A stretch of DNA of 64,000 nucleotides from Octopus vulgaris (taxonomy: Eukaryota). Below are positions 42,138 to 54,639 of the stretch, one piece after another. The position numbers were made by a program, and so were the translations under genes. The stretch covers positions 34,906,001-34,970,000 of the forward strand of contig OX597840.1 in the NCBI GenBank assembly GCA_951406725.2, in the 5' to 3' direction. Numbering within the stretch: position 1 is the first letter of the stretch; every line of letters starts with the position of its first letter. Below the pieces are notes generated by a model. The model saw nothing but the letters and a program-made list of their open reading frames with translations. It did no database searches and was not told where the DNA came from.

Positions 42138-44213
42138 GACAGGCTTCTTTCAGTTTCCGTCTACCAAATCCACTCACGAGGCTTTGGTTGGCTCGAGGCT
42201 ATAGAAGAAGACACTTGCCCAAGGTGCCACGCAGCGGGACTGAACCCGGAACCATGTGGTTGGCAGAACTGTTAGCATGCCGGGCGAAATGCATAGCCGT
42301 ACTTCGACTGCCACTACGCTCTGAGTTCAAATTCTGCCGAGGTCGACTTTGCCTTTCATCCTTTCGGGGTCGATAAATTAAGTACCAGTTATGCACCGGG
42401 GTCGATATAATCGACTTAATCCGTTTGTCTGTCCTTGTTTGTCCCCTCTATGTTTAGCCCCTTGTGGGTAGTAAAGAAATAGCTACTTACTACCCAGCCA
42501 CTCCTACGCCTTTGATAAGGTTTGGTAAATATATATGTTGGTTGTTTTATTTTTTGTCTATTCACTATATTGTGTTGAACAAAATGGTTATGCGGCCTGT
42601 GCTCCTTGTTCTCTCAGTTGTCTGGCCTGCCTTGAAATGATTTTGGTGACCCCTGTACAAGACAAATCACACACACAAACACACACGCAAGCATCTGTGA
42701 ACTTGTCGAGTCTCCTTACCTGACCACATTATCAGTTCCTTGTTCACTCCCAGGAATATTCTCCAGCCGCTCCGATGGGCTGCCAAGAACTCTGAGGGTG
42801 ATATCAAGGTTGACAGAGGGTTCCTGTGAGATGGAATACTCCATGATGTCTGCAGGAATCAAAGGTGTGTCCCCTTCACACTCCTCTGTTAATAGGTGAC
42901 CTGTTGCAACAGAAAAACACAAGAAATATATACTGTACATAATATAAATACACACCATCATTAATTAGCATTGGTTAATTGGTTCACTTTTCCATGGGTT
43001 GGACAGAATTTTTGTTGGGGCAAAGTTTCTTCCTTTGCCAACCTTTATTCCTTTATTTCTTTCAAGGAAAGAAAATATTTTCCCATGATCCAGGCATGAA
43101 GTCAAGGCAAGAAGATACTAACACACATACATCCATACACACAAACACACATACATACACACACACATATATGTATATATCATCATCATCGTTTAGCATC
43201 TGCTTTCCATGCTAGCATGGGTTGGACGGTTCAACTGGGGTCTGGGAAGCCAGAAGGCTGCACCAGGCTCCAGTCTGATCTGACAGTGTTTCTACAGCTG
43301 GATGCCCTTCCTAACGCCAACCACTCCATGAGTGTAGTGGGTGCTTTTTACGTGCCACCGGCACAAGGCCAGTTGGGGCGGCGCTAGCAAACTGCCACGA
43401 ACGGATGGTGCTTTTTACGTGCCACCGGCACTGGTATCACAGTTGCAATTTCCATTGATGTTGATCGATTTTGATTTTCACTTGCCTCAACAGATCTTCA
43501 CAAGTAGAGTTTTGTGTCCCAAGAAGGAAAGGTATGCATAAGTGGATGATGATGATATATATATATAAAATTATGTCTTTTCTCCATGCTGCTATATGAA
43601 AACTTAAGGTGGTTTTAGAATCGGTTCATGGCTGCTATTTTCAGCATGGTGGTATATCGTAGATACCCTAATTTATAATTTTAATAATTATTACCTTTGA
43701 AGGTTATTTTTTCCATGCTGACCACTTGATAAAATCGTTATTTGATTTTTAGATTAACGATCTTATCCTTATTTATATAAATTTATATATATATATATAT
43801 ATATTCTTTTATTCTTTTACTTGTTTCAGTCATTTGACTGTGGCCATGCTGAGCACCACCTTTAGTCGAGCAAATCGACCCCAGGACTTATTCTTTGTAA
43901 GCCTAGTACTTATTCTATAGGTCTCTTATGCCGAACCGCTAAGTTACGGGGACGTAAACACACCAGCATCAGTTGTCAAGCGATGGTGACAAACACAGAC
44001 ACACAAACATATACACACACATACATATATATATACATATATACGACAGGCTTCTTTCAGTTTCCGTCTACCAAATCCACTCACAAGGCATTGGTCGGCC
44101 CGGGGCTATAGCAGAAGACACTTGCCCAAGATGCCACGCAGTGGGACTGAACCCGGAACCATGTGGTTGATAAGCAAGCTACTTACCACACAGCCACTCC
44201 TGCGCCTATAATT

Positions 44214-44250
<37 letters not shown>

Positions 44251-47209
44251 TTTTACTTGTTTCAGTCATTTGACTGTGGCCATGCCGGAGCATCGCTTTT
44301 TGTCGAGCAAGTCAACCCAAGACTTATTCTTTGTAAGCCTAGTACTTACTTTATTGGCTTCTTTTGCCGAACCGCTAAGTTACAGGGGACGTAAACACAT
44401 CAGCATCGGTTGTCAAGCGATGTTGGAAGGACAAACACAGACACACAAACATATATATATACACACACACACACATATATATACATATATACGATGGGCT
44501 TCTTTCAGTTTCTGTCCTTCCGTCTACCAAATCCACTCACAAGGCTTTGGTCGGCCCGAGGCTATAGTAGAAGACACTTGCCCAAGGTGACACACAGTGG
44601 GACTGAACCCAGAACCATGTGGTTGGTATGCCTGTGTATATATATATACACAGACATACACACACATCCATCAATCCATCATCATCATCATCATCCTTCT
44701 CATCCTCATCATTGTTTTAATGTCCATTTTTTCATGGGTTGGACAGAGTCCAATGAGGCAGATTCTTTCCTATAGCCAAAACACGGATGGACACACAGAC
44801 ACACAGACGAATGTCGTTAGGAAGGAGTCGACCTTACCAGCAATAAGAATCAACCAATGCAAGTCTTCGTGCAGAACCTTGAACAATTCCTCGTTTATGG
44901 AAATGTTGGAACTGTTCATGTTCTGTGCGGCCCTCATCTGTTGAAGTAGTTGTAGCTGGTTGTTGAACTGGTTCACTCGGTCCTCAATCAACCTGAAATG
45001 AAACCCAAGTAGTAGCAGTAGCAGCAATTGTAGTAGTAGTAGCAATAGTAGTAGTAGTAGCAGTAGCAGCAATTGTAGTAGTAGTAGTAGTAATAGTAGT
45101 ACCAATAGTAGTAGTAGCAGCAGCAATAGTAGTAGTAGTAGTAGTAGCAATAGTAGTAGTAGTAGTAGCAATAGTAGTAGTAGTAGTAGTAGCAGCAATA
45201 GTAGTAGTAGTAGTAGTAATTTAACCGAGACAGTTTGGCACAGCCTATTTGCTGCCACTGATTCAGCGCTGACATATTTTTTAACAACAGATATTTTGTC
45301 CCTGGGACCTTTTGGCACTGGGAAAATTTCCTTTTTATCTTAATGGACAACAACAAACTGGTAACCACAACTACCAAACAACTTGACTACTAGACTCTGT
45401 TTAACTTTCACTTTCACTTAGTGTATGAAAGCGTTGCAAAAGCGATGTGGTGGACAACGAAAAACCTGGCTGATGACAATCAAGGCTGATCTGGAACCCA
45501 ACCTAGGCTCCCATATCTATGATTTTGCCGCTGGAATAAGGAGTGGTTGGAGATCACGCGGTTGTTAGCCTCAAATCGCCAGGCCTGGTCGGCGTTTGTG
45601 AGAGATGCAGCATTGAGGATGAATGAAGCCAGTTCAACCCACCCCGGGTGGATGCTGTCTCAAGACAAGAATGACTCAATGTATGAGTGTTGGTGAAATA
45701 TTGGTTTCTAATTTTGCCACAAGACCAGCAATTTTTTTGGGGGGGGGATTGAGCTGATTACACTGACCCCAGTTTTCAACTGTTACTGATTTTATCGACC
45801 CCCACCCCTGAAAGGATGAAAGGCAAAGTGTGGAATTTGAACCGAGAACGTAAAAATGGACAAAATGCTACAAAGCCTTTTTGCCTGGCATGCAAACAAT
45901 TCTGCTAGCCAACCGCCTTAGAAATTACACAAACTGGTTTAAATTTTAGCACAAGGCCAGCAATTTCGTGGGAGGAGCTAAGTCGACTACATCGACCCCA
46001 GTACACACCTGGTACTTGTTTTATCGACCCTTAAAGGACGAAAGGCGAAGTCAACTTCCACTGGAATTTGAACAGAACGTAAAGATGGACAAAATGTTGC
46101 GAAGCATTTTGTCTGGCATACTAACAATTCTTCTAGCTCACCACCTCAATAATAATAATAATGATACAGTTCTATATTTAAGAGATGAGGTATTATGTAC
46201 ATTATTTACCAGGAGGCTGCACCAGGCACCAGTCTGATCTGGCAGTGTTTCTATGGCTGGATGCCCTTCCTAACACCAACCACTCCGTGAGTGTAGTGGG
46301 TGCTTTTTACGTGTCACCAGTACAGGTGCCAGGGGAGGCTGGCAGCGGCCACGATCGGTTAGTGCTTTTTACGTGCCACTGGTACGGAAGCCAGTTAAGG
46401 CGGCACTGGCATCGGCCACGTTCGGGTGGTGCATTTTACGTGCCACCAGCACAGGTATCACAACTACAATTTCCATTTGATATTTATTTTGATGTTGATG
46501 TACTTGACTCAATAGGTCTCCTCAAGCATAGCAGGTCACCCTACAATCCAAGGTAAGCACAGCAGGTCGTTATGTAATCCAAGGTACTTTGGGGGCTATC
46601 AAATTGTTTGTGAGTATACAACTTGATCTTCATTGTGTATCTCAGCTAGTTTCATGAATATATGCAGATAGAAACTGCAAGAGGTTTACCTTCATGCATT
46701 AATCAATATCCTGAGAGGAGTTCTTAGAACACAGTGCTAGGCAATCCAATAATGATAATAAGTGTGTCACTTGACAGAAATTTTCAAAGTTTGAAAAGGT
46801 GGGAGTTTGGTTGCTGTTGTTAATGTGCTTAAGGGACATCAAAAAGAAATAAGCCAACTCACTTGGCCATCAATGGGACTGTGTGGTCAGCAACGAGGCG
46901 GCCCAAGGAACCGATGCTGCTCAGTTGGTCATTAAACTTCTCTCGGTCATCTTCGTCGAGTTCCTCAATTTCATCGTCTTCAATCACATCGTTTCCTAAA
47001 ATCTGTAATCAAGCATAAAGGATTCCATATAGAATAATAATAATAATAACAATAATAATAATAATAATAGTAGTAATAATAGTAATAATAATAGTAATAA
47101 TAATAATAATAGTAATAATAATAGTAATAATAATAATAATAATAGTAATTAATAATAATAATAATAATGATAGTAATAATAGTAATTAATAATAATAATA
47201 ATAATAATA

Positions 47210-47242
<33 letters not shown>

Positions 47243-47374
47243 GTAATTAATAATAATAATAATAATCACCTCTGGAAACATGGGTGGTTCTTTCAACATC
47301 CTTAAACAACCCTTATTCAGGGACCTTTTGAGCGGGATGGGCTACTCAACCTGAAGAAATTTCTAATAATAATA

Positions 47375-47407
<33 letters not shown>

Positions 47408-47460
47408 GTAATTAATAATAATAATAATAATATTAATAATAGTAATTAATAATAATAATA

Positions 47461-47502
<42 letters not shown>

Positions 47503-47505
47503 GTA

Positions 47506-47555
<50 letters not shown>

Positions 47556-50500
47556 TTAATTCTTTTTATTGGCCACAAGGGCTGACAAATATGATTGGAA
47601 AACATAAAGGGACAAAACAGGACGAAAGGTTACAAAAGATTTTGTCCGTTTGTGAAAAAAAAAACCGAGTAAAAAGCAGTTTAACAATCAAAAATTTTAA
47701 CAACGAAAACTCCCAATAGAGGAGTCGCTTCGAAGATGAAAAGGTCTCACGTGGAAAAACCCATAAAAGCCAACGGGAGCCTGGTCAAAAGGGGGGTAGA
47801 GAGCCCCTTTCTCCTTTTATAATACCTTTTTTCAATTACAGGTGAAACCTGAAAATTGGTCCATTTATACTGGCCATTCTTGCACAATTCACCTACCTTT
47901 CAGTAAACTTGCTATCGGACAGCACCCTCCTCTCTAACCTCATCTTCCTTTGCAAGTGAAACTTGAAAAAGCTGATGAGGCCTTGACCAAAGAGGAAAGT
48001 GTCTGACTTTAGCCCTTTCAAACGGGTCCACCATACAACCTCTTGCTCAATACCACTAAGATGATCCATGTTAGGTGACTGCATCCAAAGTAGAAGATCT
48101 GCCTCAACAGATCCTGTCTGGCTCATTCAAACGTGGAAAGAGAAGATATTAAATAATGGTGATTACCTGTGCATACAAATACAGGTGTGTGTGTGTGTGT
48201 AATTACTTGCCTGGTTACGTATTCCGTCAGGAGGGCTGAGGTGACACTGTAGGTAGGAATTGAACACTTCAACAGCTTGTGACCGCAGAAAGCCAAGTGG
48301 AAAGTTGCGTGCGTTGGAAATTATCTGCATCCATGCTTCCAGCATCCGCTCGTAAGCTTCCATGTGAATCGTTTCATCTTTGTTAATCTATGCAAAACAA
48401 AACAGTGAAGTGAGGGCAATGAAGCATGGCAGTCACGGACAACCCGAAGTCCCCACCCACCAAGGGCTGGATTAACCATTAACCAAAATAAGCACGTGAT
48501 TAGGGCATCAAGGGGAGTGGAGGGCACGATGGAAATGGTAAATGGTCTATGGCACAAAAGGACAACCTGTCACACACAGGGGCAGCACTGGATTAAGCGT
48601 TAACCCTCTAATGTTCAAACTGGCCAGATCTGGCTTCTTGCATTTACCCTACAATGTCATTCTTTAAAAATAAACAATTACATTATAGAAATCTCAAAGC
48701 CATAAAATCATACAGGATTAATTCCAAACAATGTGAACAAATAAGGATCATATTACTGGCCATGTTTGACTAAAATATTGTGTTTTATTAGAAAATTACT
48801 ATTTTTAAATCTCACAACAAGAGATATTCAGCAACAGTACTTTGGAGTAAAGATTGTTTGCCAACATAACATGGCAGTCCTGGTTTAGGATGAATGTTGC
48901 TGTAATTTAGCCCCAGGAGACATCGTCCCCAGCTGGCTATACGACACAATATGTGTCCTTATATTTTCGAATAAGGAAATCTAGCACCCCCACCCAGCTC
49001 AAAACAATATCTGTGTATCGCGATTTCTGGGTTATTTCCCTTCATCAGCACAGAATAATTGCTCAGCTAGAGGTGGCACTGAGTAGAGGTACTAGATTCC
49101 CTTGTTCGGAAATATAAGGACACAGATCGTGTCGTATAGCCAGCTGGAGACAGTGTCTCCTGGGGCTAAATTACAGCAACATTCGTCCTAAACCAGGACT
49201 GCCATGTTATGTTGGCAAACAATCTTTACTCCAAAGTACTGTTGCTGAATATCTCTTGTGAGATTTACAAAAAGCTGAACAATTATTCTGTGCTGATGAA
49301 GGGAAATAACCTGGAAATCATGATACACAGATATTGTTTTGAGCTGAGTGTGGGTGCTAGATTCCCTTGTTCGAAAATATAAAGACACAGATCATGTCGT
49401 ATAGCCAGCTGGGGACGATGTCTCCTGGGGCTAAATTACAGCAACATTCGTCCTAAACCAAAACTGCCATGTTACGTTGGCAAACACTCTTTACTACATT
49501 GTGTTTTATATTTAAACTGGTTAGATCAGGCCTCTCATACCTGCCAAACAACATCATTCTAAAAGCAAGCAATCATATTAGTGAAATCTCAAAGCTATGA
49601 GATAATGCAGGATTAATTCAAAACAGTGTGAATGAATTAGTATTACATTTGACAGAGTAATACAAATGCCGAAGGGTTAGAAGTGTTTATGATGTCACAG
49701 TGAGGACCTAATCAAGGACTTTGCAGTTAAAAAAAGGTAGGAGAAAACCCTTCAAATATAAATAAAGTGGAAGTATGCAGAAATAAAGTGGAGGCACGTG
49801 GCTTAGTGGTTAGGGTGTCAGCACCATGATTGTAAGATTGTGGTTTCAATTCCTGGACCGGGCGACGTGTTGTGTTCTTGAGCAAAACACTTCATTTCAC
49901 GTTGCTCCAGTCCACTCAGCTGGCAAAAATGAGTAACGCTGTGATGGACTGGCGTCCCGTCCAGCTGGGGAACACATACGCCATTGAAACCGGGAAACCG
50001 GGCCCATGAGCCTGGCTAGGCTTTGAAAGGGCGCATTTATTTGTGGAGGCGCGTGGCTTAATGGTTAAGGTGTCAGCATCATGATCGTAAGATTGTGGTT
50101 TCGATTCCTGGACCGGGCGACGCGTTGTGTTCTTGAGCAAAACACTTCATTTCACGTTGCTCCAGTTCTCTCAGCTGGCAAAAATGAGTAACGCTGCGAT
50201 GGACTGGCATCCCGTCCAGCTGGGTAACACATACGCCATTAAAACCGGGAAACCGGGCCCACGAGCCTGGCTAGGCTTTAAAAAGGGTGCATTTATTTAT
50301 TTTATTATTATACAGAAATAACCATTATTTTCCATCTTACTGTTTGTTTCGTTCCGTTTTGAAAAATTAAAAATTGGCGATCTTTCGGTACTAGATAAAT
50401 AACTGTCCCTTATAAACCCACGTGGGTTTATTTACATTTCTGAAGAAAAAAGAAACCGTTCTCCCCACCCCTAACCCCAACCCCACGAGGGAATGGTTTC

Positions 50501-53500
50501 TTTTTTTCTTCAGAAATGTAAATAAACCTACATGTGTTTATAAGTGACAGCTATGTATCTAGTACCAAAAGATTGCCTGAAAATTTATCTTATAGTTTAT
50601 TATTGTTTATATTTTGAATTACATATATAAGGGGACAACAAAATCTTTTACGTGTTGAGGGCCTTTATGGGTCTTAATCTGGCCCTGCCCATGGGACTCT
50701 CAGAATGACAAAATTGCCTTCAACTCTTTAAGTAGTGTGGCCCACCTGATGATGATAAGCCATGTCTCGTATGGCCCACTTGTCAAAATGAGGTCGCCCT
50801 TGCCGCAAATAGATTGACCCTAAATCTCAAATGGTGCAGAATGCTCAACTTACCAGGTCTTCATGTACAGCTTTCTTACAAAGGGAGCAGGTCAGCTTGG
50901 TCATTTGGCTGATGAAGGCATTCAATAATTGCTCAGATAAACTAGTGAAGCAAGCGAGTGGAAACATAAGCACAAGATTCTTGATGGTTTGAGCAACTCC
51001 GAGGTATTCGTAGAACTGGAGGTCAATGCTGGAAGAAAAGAAAACAAAACAAAATGAACCCCATTTCTGAAGTGACTTACTGTCTTTTAACCCTTTCATT
51101 ACCACATTTCCCTTAAAATACTTTGCTTTTGTCTCAACTGATTTTGAACATAGTGAATTTAGTGAAATATCTTTGTCGTTAATACCCTTTCGTTACCATA
51201 TTTCTGTTGAAATAGGGTATGACTTCAAACTTCATCCAGTAGTGAGACCCTGGTTCAAGGGTTTTGAAGAATGTGGAATCACCTTTTAGCTACTATCTTG
51301 TTCCCATGTCTACTCTGACCTGGAGTGGTAACACCTGTTGGGGTCCCAGCAAATGAATTAAATAGCATGTAATCACCCCCAGCTAGGGTTACACTGAAAT
51401 CATGGAAGACAGCATGGCAGACGTGAACTATTTCAGCGAGTAAATGTGCCTGAGCCAGTGGCACAAAAAAAGCATCTGGTCCACACTGTAAAGTGGTTGG
51501 CGTTAGGAAGGGCATCCAGGTATAGAAACTCTGCCAGATCAGATTGGAGTCTGGTGCAGCCATCAGTCAAATCGTCCAACCCATGCTAGCATGGAAAGTG
51601 AACGTTAAATGATGATGATTTCAAATTTTTGCCATAAGGGAACTTGGGAGAGGGAATTAAGTCAATTACATTGACCCAAGTGCATAACTGGTACTTATTT
51701 AATCGCCCCTGAAAGGATGAAAGGTAAAGTTGACCTTGGTGGAATTTGAACTCAGAACATAACAGCAGACGAAATACCTATTTCTTTACTACCCACAAGG
51801 GGCTAAACACAGAGAGGACAAACAAGGACAGACAAAGGGATTAAGTCGATTACATCGGCCCCAGTGCGTAACTGGTACTTAATTTATCGACCCCGAAAGG
51901 ATGAAAGGCAAAGTCGACCTCGGCGGAATTTGAACTCAGAACGTAAAGACAGACAGACGAAATACCGCTAAGCAGTTCGTCCAGCATGCTAATGGTTCTG
52001 CCAGCTTGCCGCCTTCATAACGATAATAATAATAATAATGGTAAGCTTACCTGCCAAACATATGTAGGAAATTCTCAATATACGAAGCCAGAAACTGTGT
52101 ACGTGCTGCGTCATTGGGAAAGATCGGTCCACTCAGTGATGCCAGCTGTGTGAGGCATTGCATGGAACGGTGAGCCATTTCTGAATTGTGTCGCACTTTC
52201 TTGTGTACCTGTGGAACAATGGTAACATGTGTCAAGGTAAGAACATACAAGATCAGACGGGGGTCAGGTGAATGAGTGGAGGTGTAGAGGTTTTGTATCA
52301 TAGAAGCAGGGGTGGTCCTCGATGGATTGGTATCAAAAAGGATTAAATAATTATTTAAGACAACAAAGTATGATTTGAGGGAGATCTACTTGGTATTTCT
52401 AGTAAATTTAGAAAACAGGTCCAGATTTCTCACTGACCCAGAAGGCTCAAGCAACAAGGATCTGGTTTTTTTTTTTTTTTTTTTTTTTTTTGGTTAGAAA
52501 GGAGGGAAGGAGGGATTGGGTAATGTTGAGGCCCAAAATAAAGGAATTACGTTCTACTTACGCGAAACAGAAGCTGCATCAGGTCACCGTCGAGTAAAGT
52601 GTCTCGCCAAGTGTCATTTGGACGTAGAATTACGTTCTGTGTTGACTCGAAACAGCCAACGTAGCGACGAAAAACTAGGAACCATTAAGGAAGAAACTTA
52701 ACAAAAAATTGTAAAAAACATTATGCAATACATTCCCCCTGCCCCCCGGACTTAGGCATGGATGTGTGGTTCAGAAGCTAGATTCCCAACATTGGGGTCT
52801 TGGGTTCAATCCCCACTGCATGGCACCTTGGCCTAGTGTTTTCTATTCTAGACCCAGGCCAATCAAAGCTTTTGTGTGCGAGTTTAACAGACAAAAAAAC
52901 TGAAAGAAGCCCATTGTATATATGTGTATTGTGTGTGAATGTGTGTGTGTGAGAGAGAGAGAGTGTGTGTGTGTGTAAATACATGCATGATGATTGTAAA
53001 TAGGCGCAGGAGTGGCTCAAGAACACAACGCACCATCCAGCTTGGGAATTGAACCCACAATCTAGTGATTGTGAGTCTAATACCTTAACCACATGCATAA
53101 TATTATATATATATATATACGCGCAGGAGTGGCTGTGTGGTAAGTAGCTTGCTAACCAACCACATGGTTCCAGGTTCAGTCCCACTGCGTGGCATCTTGG
53201 GCAAGTGTCTTCAACTATAGCCCCGGGCTGACCAATGCCTTGTGAGTGGATTTGGTAGACAGAAACTGAAAGAAGTCTGTCGTATATATGTATATATATA
53301 TGTGTGTGTGTCTGTGTTTGTCCCCCTAGCATTGCTTGACAACCGATGCTGGTGTGTTTATGGCCCCGTCACTTAGCGGTTCGGCAAAAGAGACCGATAG
53401 AATAAGTACTGGGCTTAAAAAGAATAAGTCCCGGGGTCGATTTGCTCGACTGAAGGCGGTGCTCCAGCATGGCCGCAGTCAAATGACTGAAACAAGTAAA

Positions 53501-54595
53501 AGAGTAAAGAGTATACACATGGGCCTCAACTCCTGATGGGGCAAGGACACTATTGTGACAGAGAAAGTAGGTCTTGGGTATATTCAGATCTGGTGATGGT
53601 CTGACCACAGGACCATACCTGATTACTTCCAGAAAGAGAAAACAAAGAATCTACTCAGGTACTTTATTGACCCTGAAAGAATGAAAGGCAAAGTTCACCT
53701 TGGTCGTATTCGAAAAAGTGCAGAGAGCCGAAATTAACGACACGAAGCAATCATCCCAATACTTTGACGATTGTCATTTTGCTGAAATTCATTTATTTAC
53801 AGAGAGAGAGAATTGAAAAAAAAAAGGGTATAGTTTTGTGAAGAGAAAGGATACAAGCTTTAGGTGTAAACTCCCAACTAAGGACTTGTTCTGCTATGGA
53901 AAGCAACCTGTTCATCACAGCTGTGGCCTCTCTACTCAGTGGACTGGGTTGTTTCTCCAATTCATTGAGGACTTGAATGGCAAACAAAAACACTCGCTTT
54001 AAATCTTCCTCCTGAAACAAAAAACAACAACAACAATATTATTGTTCTTACTCTCCTGTTCTTGTTACTATTATTACCCCCCCCCCCGCAAAAAATCCCT
54101 AATTTTATTTAATTTGCTTTGCGGGAAGGACAGTTTCAACGAAGTCGCGTCTTATCCTTACCTTCGAAACGTGGAGTAGACGAAACAGGGACAACTGAAG
54201 AAGGGGAATATTCCTTGTATTGTATGTCTTGTACTCTGTTTTTTCATTGTTTGAAAAAAAGTTCGTTTCCATGGTTTTGTTTTTATGTTTTCGTTTCTCA
54301 TTGTGTTCAACGTTTTTTTTTCTATGTCCTGTACCCATACATGCATGTATATATACACATAAATGTAGGTATGTACATATATGTATGTATATATGCATAT
54401 ATTTATATATTATTTATATTACATATATATATTATTTATATTATATATATATATATATATAGAAGGGGAATATTCCTTGTATTGTATGCCTTGTACTCTG
54501 TTTTTTCGTTGTTTGAAAAAAAAGTTTGTTTCTATGTTTTTGTTTTTGTTTCTCATTGTTTTCAACGTTTTTTGATGTCCTGTACCCATATATGC

Positions 54596-54639
<44 letters not shown>

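Larger units (their letters stand above)
47003..48210 (-). other. GC-AG intron
   Basis: CAG|GCAAGT keeps frame with the next exon; the two nearby GT donors checked (4 nt and 44 nt downstream) shift frame. Confidence 0.85.
48806..49497. mobile_element. Penelope-like pseudo-LTR cluster (one ~260-bp unit plus two inverted copies)
   Basis: 48806-49068 is the reverse complement of 49273-49497 and, partially, of 49092-49267; the two long copies carry hammerhead motifs. Confidence 0.6.

Noticed and set aside
44993-45377. Poly-Leu and poly-Tyr ORFs
   Set aside because: (TAG)n repeat upstream of the true acceptor at 44993.
47970-48010. CTGATGA...GAAA resembling a hammerhead
   Set aside because: No helix I, II or III pairing; lies antisense within a LINE coding remnant.
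48461-50687. Possible large hAT-type composite (AGGGCTGGATTAA ... TTAATCTGGCCCTG)
   Set aside because: Ends are degenerate and no target-site duplication could be identified.
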